From UHGV virus genome UHGV-0179208: a stretch of 12,964 bases of DNA; one strand, written 5' to 3'. Shown in pieces: positions 7,411 through 12,964 of this stretch. This DNA comes from a virus. Below the pieces are notes generated by a model that was not told where the DNA came from, ran no database searches, and saw nothing but the letters and a program-made list of their open reading frames with translations. The position numbers were made by a program, and so were the translations under genes. Each line of letters opens with the position of its first letter. The first letter of the stretch is position 1.

Positions 7411-7881
7411 CTAGCGATAAAAACCAAATTGACGATTAGCTTCAATAATCTTTCTTTCTTCTTCGGACATTCTCCAGCGTAGTCCAACATCAAAATGAGC
7501 CCAGACCATCTTAACAAATGCATTTATATCTTTAATATCTTCAATAATGAATGTTTTACTTTTAGAAGGTTGACTCGCTAATTTAACTTTATCGTCTTCA
7601 AACATGTCAAAAAGACCATATTCATGAGCTCTTTTATAGCCTTTAATAGTTAAAGCTTCGGAAGAAGAAAACGGTGAATCAGTATTCTGCAAAATATCTT
7701 CAGTATGCTTTATAATTAGAATAACATTTTCTGGATATTTTCTTTCTTTTATATCTTTAATTAAAAAATCCGGATTTTCTGCTAAAGGAATAATTAATGA
7801 GCATTTTTTACCAAGTGTATTTACTGATTTACCTTCTTTGGACATAAATTCTATTGAATAATGTTTTGCTACTTCAATCAT
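7411..7881 (-). CDS. hypothetical protein, 156 aa
   Basis: ORF track; ATG at 7881..7879 overlapped by the stop of the upstream 54-aa ORF. Confidence 0.65.
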   Translation of the reverse strand: MIEVAKHYSIEFMSKEGKSVNTLGKKCSLIIPLAENPDFLIKDIKERKYPENVILIIKHTEDILQNTDSPFSSSEALTIKGYKRAHEYGLFDMFEDDKVKLASQPSKSKTFIIEDIKDINAFVKMVWAHFDVGLRWRMSEEERKIIEANRQFGFYR

Positions 7882-8038
7882 GTGATTTCCTTTTGCCTAC
7901 TAATGGACCGTCAGGAATTTTATTTTCCTGGATATACTTCTCATTTTCTTCCATCATTTTACTGCCAATTTTAAGAAGCAAATCCAAGGCTTCATTTGCT
8001 TTAGCCTTTGCCTCTTCTAACGTCATATCTTTGGTCAT
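7874..8038 (-). CDS. hypothetical small protein, 54 aa ([54 protein letters not shown]); absent from the ORF track
   Basis: Manual translation. ATG at 8038..8036 overlaps the TGA of ORF 8035..8238 (ATGA); its own TGA at 7876..7874 overlaps codons 2-3 of ORF 7411..7881. Confidence 0.5.
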   Translation of the reverse strand: MTKDMTLEEAKAKANEALDLLLKIGSKMMEENEKYIQENKIPDGPLVGKRKSHD

Positions 8039-8238
8039 GATTTATCACCATAGATGTCTCTCATCAATTTAAGCGCTGAGCGTTCTAATTTCTTTTCTTT
8101 CTCAGCACTAATCATTGATTTCATCCATTCTTCTGACTCGTTCTGCATTTCTTTATTTGCTTGTTCAACCCAACCATCATCAATATACATTGAGTTTGGT
8201 CTACTGAACCATTCAAGCATTTTCTTCAGAACTTTCAT
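8035..8238 (-). CDS. hypothetical small protein, 67 aa
   Basis: ORF track; ATG at 8238..8236; acidic and K-rich. Confidence 0.55.
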   Translation of the reverse strand: MKVLKKMLEWFSRPNSMYIDDGWVEQANKEMQNESEEWMKSMISAEKEKKLERSALKLMRDIYGDKS

Positions 8239-8698
8239 TTACTTTACCCAAAACAACAGTAGGAGCATCATCAAATTCATGAATTTTTAGCAAATTTGGA
8301 TGTAAACTATTCCATACAGAAGAAATAAAGTATGATAACGCATCTTCACTCGCAATTATAAATTTATTTCCTTTATCTATTTTCCAGCTATATACTGAAT
8401 CATACGAATAGAAAGATAAAGGTTTATCATTATATTGTTCTGCGCTAACATTGATGTATTCGGATTTAGTAAATGCTTCAATTGCTCTAAACGGAATATT
8501 TGGTACAGTTTCAATAATTCCGATCTTTTTAAGTTTTATTTCAGCATCTTCTGGAACTGGCATTGAAACAAAATTTTCTACGAGATACATTGGGTCACAA
8601 TAACCCTTATCAATCATTACTGCTACAGTAATTGGAACGTCTTTAGCAAACGACATACTATTACTGCTAATATACATTTCAAACAAAATCGCTTCCAT
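8213..8698 (-). CDS. hypothetical protein, about 161 aa from the ATG at 8698 (ORF track starts at a TTG at 8710)
   Basis: ORF track 8213..8710. First ATG at 8698..8696 is preceded by AGGAAA; the TTG at 8710 overlaps the upstream stop and is less likely. Confidence 0.6.
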   Translation of the reverse strand: MEAILFEMYISSNSMSFAKDVPITVAVMIDKGYCDPMYLVENFVSMPVPEDAEIKLKKIGIIETVPNIPFRAIEAFTKSEYINVSAEQYNDKPLSFYSYDSVYSWKIDKGNKFIIASEDALSYFISSVWNSLHPNLLKIHEFDDAPTVVLGKVNESSEENA

Positions 8699-8706
8699 AA
8701 TTTTCC

Positions 8707-9048
8707 TCAATCACAAGATGTAGATGAACAACTAGAATCACAAGAACTTCCACATGAATCGCCCGTCCATACATGAACAGGAACATTAGTGTCATATGAA
8801 TCAGAACTAGACTGTGTATTCTGCGTATTAGATGATGTAGTAGGTGTTGACCAGCGCCAAGGATTTTTATAATATTCTTGGGCTTCTTCATAAGTCATAG
8901 TAACTGCTTCTACTGTTCCATCTCCCATATAAACATATTCAACTACAGTTAAAGGAAGATAGTCATTTGAAATAGGAACTACACCTTCTCCAGGAGTCGT
9001 AGAGAAAAAATCTTTAAAGAAACTTTTAAACCAATTAAAGATAAACAT
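8707..9048 (-). CDS. hypothetical protein, 113 aa, with Ser/Thr-rich linker and Cys/Ser-rich C-terminal tail ([18 protein letters not shown])
   Basis: ORF track. ATG at 9048..9046 overlaps the TAA of the upstream ORF (TAATG). Hydrophobic N-terminus [11 protein letters not shown]. Confidence 0.6.
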   Translation of the reverse strand: MFIFNWFKSFFKDFFSTTPGEGVVPISNDYLPLTVVEYVYMGDGTVEAVTMTYEEAQEYYKNPWRWSTPTTSSNTQNTQSSSDSYDTNVPVHVWTGDSCGSSCDSSCSSTSCD

Positions 9049-9254
9049 TACAAAAAGCCTCTTTTGAATTCGACTTGCTTCTCGCCATAATCATATCGAA
9101 TCTCTGCATTAAATTCGACAGAACCATCTGCGTACATCATAAATGAATGCACAACAACTTCTGTAGACCATGGCTGTAGTTCATATTTCTTCATTACATG
9201 CCGCGAAATGATAATATCTAAATCTTCATTTGGTTTAATCCAACGATTTAACAT
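9048..9254 (-). CDS. hypothetical small protein, 68 aa
   Basis: ORF track. ATG at 9254..9252 preceded by GAGGAG and by the early promoter at 9281..9309. Confidence 0.65.
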   Translation of the reverse strand: MLNRWIKPNEDLDIIISRHVMKKYELQPWSTEVVVHSFMMYADGSVEFNAEIRYDYGEKQVEFKRGFL

Positions 9255-9280
9255 AGTGCTCTCCTCTATAAGATAATTCT

Positions 9281-9309
9281 ATTATACCATACTCATTTTA
9301 GAAAGTAAA
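9281..9309 (-). promoter_or_regulatory. T4 early-type promoter (minus strand TTTACT-17-TGgTATAAT)
   Basis: Minus -10 TATAAT = plus 9281..9286 with TGG upstream; -35 TTTACT = plus 9304..9309; exact 17-nt spacer. Confidence 0.6.
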
Positions 9310-9320
9310 CCGGTAAAATG

Positions 9321-9346
9321 AAAAAAGGACTCCCGGAGGAGTCCTT
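9321..9346 (-). terminator. rho-independent terminator downstream of soc
   Basis: Inverted repeat aaggactcc (9325..9333) / ggagtcctt (9338..9346) with 4-nt loop cgga. On the minus strand the GC-rich stem is followed by TTTTTTCATTTT. Confidence 0.7.
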
Positions 9347-9352
9347 GAATTA

Positions 9353-9589
9353 TTAACCACCTATTTCTGTAGGCGTAAACATTGCAGCATTCTTAGTTTT
9401 CCAAGTTGCTGCATCGGAAACTACATCAGAATAAGCTGCTTTTTCTGACGGAAAGATTTGATAATGAGAATCTGCGATACGATGCTCGTTAGAATAAATT
9501 TCAAACGGAACAGAAACTTCCATACCTTTAACTTCTTTGCCTTCACCCGCTGGATGAGTAAAGGTCTTGATGTTAACGAAACCACCCAT
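9353..9589 (-). CDS. soc: Soc, small outer capsid (decoration) protein, 78 aa
   Basis: ORF track. Conserved Soc segments VNIKTF, GKE.SV.F, HYQ.FPSEKAAYS shared with T4 Soc as recalled, but overall diverged. Own late promoter upstream and terminator downstream. Confidence 0.8.
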   Translation of the reverse strand: MGGFVNIKTFTHPAGEGKEVKGMEVSVPFEIYSNEHRIADSHYQIFPSEKAAYSDVVSDAATWKTKNAAMFTPTEIGG

Positions 9590-9620
9590 AATAAACTCCT
9601 TTATTGTTTAATTACAAGTG

Positions 9621-9628
9621 TATTTATA
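9621..9628 (-). promoter_or_regulatory. T4 late promoter core TATAAATA upstream of soc
   Basis: Plus tatttata at 9621..9628 = minus TATAAATA, 32 nt upstream of the soc ATG (9589). The only exact TATAAATA I found on the minus strand. Overlaps the stop of the HNH gene. Confidence 0.7.
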
Positions 9629-10460
9629 ATCCATTTTCAAATCTCTTTATCATGTTTATATAATTTTCGTCAGGATAACCTAGGCTAACTGCTAGTTTTC
9701 TAAAATTGACATATTTAGGTTTGTTGTTATTAATCCATAATTCTCTAAGCTCTTTTTCATAATTCCATTTAAGTTGATTTCTGCGTGCAGTTTTGCTTAA
9801 AGTTTTTCCTTTAGCTTTTAAAGCTTTTTCAGATGACTGTTTTAATTTTTGAATATTTAAAACTTCTTCTATAGATAAATTATTTTCCTTTGAATATCTT
9901 ATGCAAAAATCTTTTACTGCGGCTATTAGGCAATTTTTGTGAGTACCTAAAATTTCTGGGTTATTTTCTTCAACTAAAATTCCCCAATATCTTCGGTAGC
10001 GAGGCATATCTCTTGAAATCCAGTCATTATACCAAAAATCAAAGTTGGAATACATGAAAGATTTTCTTTTACGAAGAGTATCTTGGTTTATCCATTGCTC
10101 ACGTTTATCAGCCCATAACTTAATAGTAAAGTCTTTTTCTGAGTCAGAAAGCTTCTTAAATTGTGAGCTATTTACTGAGGTCATTCTCTGGAATGCATTC
10201 AGCAATCCAAATCTTCCAGTTGAACATAAGAGATAGTGAACATATATGTGTTGATATATTGGGAGATATACTCTATTCCAAGGATGTATTTTAAAATCAC
10301 TATACTCAGGAAATGCGCATTTAGGAAGTATATGATGGGCTTCTGTTTTAGATTTGATGTGAGTGTTTAACTTATATTTATCTATAATTTTTAAGTACTC
10401 ATCTAAAAGTTCCCATTGCGGGAACTTTTCTTTAAGAGCGGATTTGAAATTAATATCCAT
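9624..10460 (-). CDS. HNH-family freestanding homing endonuclease (about 278 aa from the ATG at 10460; ORF track starts at a TTG at 10475)
   Basis: ORF track 9624..10475. HNH motif EAHHILPKC...N.V.L....H...H. C-terminal about 45 aa are about 50% identical to the C-terminus of ORF 10970..11620. Weak Shine-Dalgarno. Start overlaps the 3' end of gene 56. Confidence 0.75.
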   Translation of the reverse strand: MDINFKSALKEKFPQWELLDEYLKIIDKYKLNTHIKSKTEAHHILPKCAFPEYSDFKIHPWNRVYLPIYQHIYVHYLLCSTGRFGLLNAFQRMTSVNSSQFKKLSDSEKDFTIKLWADKREQWINQDTLRKRKSFMYSNFDFWYNDWISRDMPRYRRYWGILVEENNPEILGTHKNCLIAAVKDFCIRYSKENNLSIEEVLNIQKLKQSSEKALKAKGKTLSKTARRNQLKWNYEKELRELWINNNKPKYVNFRKLAVSLGYPDENYINMIKRFENGL

Positions 10461-10968
10461 TATCTTGACGTTCAAAATTATGTTTGTTCTTCAAATAATA
10501 AAGTTTAAAGATTTCTTCAGCCGTAAGACCAAGACCTTGGAACATGTTCAGAACGAAATGAAGAATATCAATCATTTCGAATTTAATTTCCAACTGGTCT
10601 TGTGGAGACAAATCAGTAATCAGAGTTTCACGACGTTCACCATGTTGAGCTTTCCAAGGCTTCCATACAGCAGATGCATCTTTTTCGCCATTGCTCATAC
10701 CACCAAGAGATGTCAGATGTTCACGGAATTCATCATCAATGTAATCTTTCTGATTACGCAGCCAATCAACAACTTCACCAGCAGTAGTCAAATCATCAGG
10801 ATGACGATTATATTCAGGTTTATCTTTAGCTAAACGAACCTGTAGAGATTTCTGCATATCAAGCATAACCTGCAGCGGGTCTTTTTCGTCACCGAGAATA
10901 TCCCAATATTCATTTTGAGCTTTATCTGCACCAGCGATCAGTTGACTACATTCGTTGAAATGTGGCAT
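10450..10968 (-). CDS. 56: dCTP pyrophosphatase (dCTPase-dUTPase, MazG-like), 172 aa
   Basis: ORF track. Size (T4 gp56 is 171 aa as recalled) and position between soc and gene 61. ATG at 10968..10966 preceded by AGGAAA. Sequence not verified by alignment. Confidence 0.7.
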   Translation of the reverse strand: MPHFNECSQLIAGADKAQNEYWDILGDEKDPLQVMLDMQKSLQVRLAKDKPEYNRHPDDLTTAGEVVDWLRNQKDYIDDEFREHLTSLGGMSNGEKDASAVWKPWKAQHGERRETLITDLSPQDQLEIKFEMIDILHFVLNMFQGLGLTAEEIFKLYYLKNKHNFERQDNGY

Positions 10969-10969
10969 G

Positions 10970-11620
10970 TTATTTTTCCTTTCTTATGAAGTTTTCTATC
11001 ATATGTCTATAGCAGATATTAGGATAACCTGCCTTGACAGCTATTTTATTAAATTTTGTGCGTTTAGGTCTATTATTATAAACCCATAATTCATAAAGCG
11101 CATCATAACTATTCCATATTTCTCCTCGCCTAGGATTTGGTAAACCATATCGAGGTGAATTTTTACCGCTAAATCTTCCTTTTCGGGCTTTACTCATATT
11201 AGCCTTGGCTTCATCGGATATAATTTTACCTTTATGAGCTAGACGCATTTTGGCTTTAGTTTCTTCTGGGGTCTTTTTGCCTTTAATCCATGACGGCTTG
11301 CCATATCTAGGATTATTTTCACCCGAGAAAAGAACGGAGTTTTGGATTTTAAGGGTTTCTATTAATCTACTTGTTAATTTAACACCTTTATTATATCGCA
11401 TTAAATTTACAGCATAATGCAATCCTCTCACATCTGGATATATTTTAGTTAATAATCTATGAGCTATAAAATGCTCACGCGCAGTTAACTCAACAAGATT
11501 GTTTTTGCCATCTGTTCCTCCCATACATCTAGGAATTATATGATGGCGTTCTTTATATCCGCCAAGATGCCGGCATTTAGCTTTTGTAATTAAAGCCGAG
11601 TAAATTTTTTGGTAATTCAC
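10970..11620 (-). CDS. HNH-family freestanding homing endonuclease, 216 aa, GTG start
   Basis: ORF track. HNH motif ERHHIIPRCMGGTDGKNNLVELTAREHFIAH; repeated NNPRYGK / KNSPRYGLP NUMOD-like modules; C-terminus paralogous to ORF 9624..10460. Start is GTG at 11620..11618 (in-frame stop at 11636..11638). Confidence 0.8.
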   Translation of the reverse strand: MNYQKIYSALITKAKCRHLGGYKERHHIIPRCMGGTDGKNNLVELTAREHFIAHRLLTKIYPDVRGLHYAVNLMRYNKGVKLTSRLIETLKIQNSVLFSGENNPRYGKPSWIKGKKTPEETKAKMRLAHKGKIISDEAKANMSKARKGRFSGKNSPRYGLPNPRRGEIWNSYDALYELWVYNNRPKRTKFNKIAVKAGYPNICYRHMIENFIRKEK

Positions 11621-11653
11621 ATATATCCTTTCAATTCATGGATTAGTAGATCA

Positions 11654-11680
11654 ATTATACAATAAATATATAAAGCAATA
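11654..11680 (-). promoter_or_regulatory. T4 middle (MotA-dependent) promoter candidate: MotA box tatTGCTTTA, 11-nt spacer, TATAAT
   Basis: Minus TGCTTTA = plus 11671..11677; minus TATAAT = plus 11654..11659. Lies 35-60 nt upstream of the GTG of the HNH gene and would also drive gene 56. Confidence 0.5.
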
Positions 11681-11690
11681 AGGAGGACAT

Positions 11691-11891
11691 ATGGTACAAA
11701 AATTAATGGCACTTGTTAATGCCATCAAAGGTAATAAAAAACGTATAGCTTTTACTATTTCTGCTATGATAGGAATTTTACTTTGGAATTTTGTTTTATC
11801 GCCAGTTGCTATTGCTCATGGCGTTAGTATTCCAGTAATTACTCTTGATACATTCGTAGATTTAGCATTTGCTTTAGTTGGGTTAATTTAA
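11691..11891 (+). CDS. plus-strand small hydrophobic protein, 66 aa (two predicted membrane-spanning segments)
   Basis: ORF track. Canonical AAGGAGG at 11680..11686, 4 nt before the ATG at 11691. Hydrophobic stretches IAFTISAMIGILLWNFVLSPVAIA and VITLDTFVDLAFALVGLI. Its stop overlaps the gene 61 stop on the other strand (TTTAAA, 11887..11892). Confidence 0.5.
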   Translation: MVQKLMALVNAIKGNKKRIAFTISAMIGILLWNFVLSPVAIAHGVSIPVITLDTFVDLAFALVGLI

Positions 11892-12916
11892 ATCTTAGCA
11901 TATTTAGATAGCCGCATTTTAGCCATCAACCCTTGGGCAATATTATTTTTCATATATTCCATAATTTGTTCAGGGGTTGCACCTTCCTTTCTAATCATAT
12001 CATTAACATCTTTTGATTTCCAGGGAGATTTATCCCAAAACATAACCCTTTCTCCTGCATCAACTAATTTAGTCATTCGCTTGATAGTGTCAGGATGACG
12101 AGGTTCATTATCTAAAACCCATACACGTCTATCTTTAAATGGAACAATTTCTAGGTCTAATTGACCGCCTGTAATAGCTATACCATTTTCAATAAAAAGC
12201 GAATCTATAGGTCCTTCTAGAACATATACATCACCGTCTTTAACCCGTTCAACACCATAGATTTTTGTTGCCTCAGGATAAGCTTTGATGGTGATATATT
12301 TTTGGGGAGCATCTTTCTTTAATGCACGTCCTTGAAAAGACTCAGCTTTTCCATTAGCATTATAAATTGGAATAACAAGACGAGGCTCAGGTATTTCCTT
12401 TTTATATGTTCCCGGTGCTATGCTATTAACTAATTTAGGCCATTCGGTTGTAAACCAAAGATATTTCCATTTATCCTTTGGAATACAACGAGCTTTTACA
12501 TATTTTATAATTGGATGGTCTTCCGCCAGTTTATCTAATCTAACACATGACGGAAGAGATTTAATTATTTTCTTCTCAGGCTGCTTAGGAAGTTCTTTAG
12601 GTTTTTCTACTGGACGACTTTTACCTTTTTCTTTTCTTATTTCAAAGATATACTCACGATATAAATCAGGTTCAAACTCCTTTAAATATATTCCGATTGG
12701 TGCATGATAGTTACAGTTATAACAATGAATGTTTCCTTCATTATTATCACCATAATACCATCCACGGGCTTTATTTTGGTCGGTTTTTGAATCTCCACAC
12801 ACTGGGCATCTAAACCGCAATTTAAAAGTTGAACTATTATTTACTTGTGTGAATTTAGGTAAATGAGCTAATGCACGATACGCAAACTCATTATCAATCC
12901 AAGCTATTGATGACAT
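11888..12916 (-). CDS. 61: DNA primase gp61, 342 aa (zinc ribbon plus TOPRIM)
   Basis: ORF track. Zinc ribbon CPVCGDSK...CYNCNYH; TOPRIM-like VLEGPIDSLF and VLDNEPR; 342 aa equals T4 gp61. Confidence 0.88.
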   Translation of the reverse strand: MSSIAWIDNEFAYRALAHLPKFTQVNNSSTFKLRFRCPVCGDSKTDQNKARGWYYGDNNEGNIHCYNCNYHAPIGIYLKEFEPDLYREYIFEIRKEKGKSRPVEKPKELPKQPEKKIIKSLPSCVRLDKLAEDHPIIKYVKARCIPKDKWKYLWFTTEWPKLVNSIAPGTYKKEIPEPRLVIPIYNANGKAESFQGRALKKDAPQKYITIKAYPEATKIYGVERVKDGDVYVLEGPIDSLFIENGIAITGGQLDLEIVPFKDRRVWVLDNEPRHPDTIKRMTKLVDAGERVMFWDKSPWKSKDVNDMIRKEGATPEQIMEYMKNNIAQGLMAKMRLSKYAKI

Positions 12917-12964
12917 ATTAACTCTACTTTATCTTTAGATACCTCATACTTCTTATTAGGAATC
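12904..12964 (-). CDS. 3'-partial ORF (last 19 codons, ...IPNKKYEVSKDKVELICHQ); its stop overlaps the gene 61 start
   Basis: Manual translation: only one minus-strand frame is open across 12904..12964; TAG at 12906..12904 overlaps the gene 61 ATG region. Too short to assign. Confidence 0.3.
   Translation of the reverse strand, partial: IPNKKYEVSKDKVELICHQ

Noticed and set aside
7941-7980. Possible additional minus-strand MotA-box promoter (TGCTTCT, 12-nt spacer, TAAAAT) inside the 54-aa ORF
   Set aside because: The box lacks the conserved terminal A and the -10 is weak. It lies within coding sequence and is likely chance in AT-rich DNA.
8679-8891. Minus-strand 70-aa His-rich ORF overlapping the 113-aa ORF in another frame
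   Set aside because: It overlaps 8707..9048 out of frame and has no start context. Its His/Leu/Val-rich repeat is what the alternative frame of the Ser/Cys-rich DNA would produce.
2191-10475. N-terminal extensions in the ORF track that begin at TTG (2229, 8710, 10475)
   Set aside because: In each case an in-frame ATG lies a few codons downstream with a better Shine-Dalgarno or promoter position. The TTG starts are more likely ORF-finder artefacts, though this is not proven.
1083-12707. Plus-strand ORFs in the ORF track (1083..1445, 2747..3001, 4147..4371, 4292..4516, 6354..6560, 7854..8072, 8054..8290, 9458..9688, 10045..10236, 10363..10833, 12420..12707)
   Set aside because: Each lies antisense within a better-supported minus-strand gene (helicase, dCTPase, primase and others). 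They have low-complexity, F/I/L/S-rich translations typical of the reverse strand of AT-rich coding DNA, and none has a convincing Shine-Dalgarno. Only the plus-strand ORF at 11691..11891 was kept.
1-12964. CRISPR arrays, tRNA or rRNA genes, integrase or transposase, terminal repeats
   Set aside because: No regularly spaced direct repeats, no tRNA-like cloverleaf candidates and no recombinase-like ORFs were seen. The only recurrent short repeats are explained as promoter elements.

Overview
AT-rich 12.96-kb segment with the gene content and order of a T4-like (T-even) myovirus early region. Nearly all genes sit tightly packed on the minus strand, many with overlapping stop/start codons (ATGA, TAATG, ATGATTGA). 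Reading from high to low coordinate (the transcription direction): primase gene 61, an HNH homing endonuclease, dCTPase gene 56, a second paralogous HNH homing endonuclease, soc (small outer capsid protein, with its own late promoter and terminator), seven small ORFs of unknown function, a modB-like ADP-ribosyltransferase, a modA-like paralog broken by one in-frame TAA, an srd-position ORF, dda.1-like ORF, Dda helicase, two paralogous small ORFs, DexA exonuclease, and three ORFs in the motB / motB.1 / motB.2 positions, then two to three small ORFs. Names rest on motifs, sizes and synteny recalled from T4; no database search was possible. The Soc sequence clearly differs from T4 Soc as I recall it, so this is a T4 relative rather than T4 itself. 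I found no CRISPR array, tRNA or rRNA. I do not see a clearly novel multi-gene system; the most notable items are the interrupted modA, the two HNH endonucleases bracketing gene 56, a Shine-Dalgarno-preceded plus-strand membrane-peptide ORF convergent with gene 61, and a plus-strand middle-promoter-like element antisense to modA.
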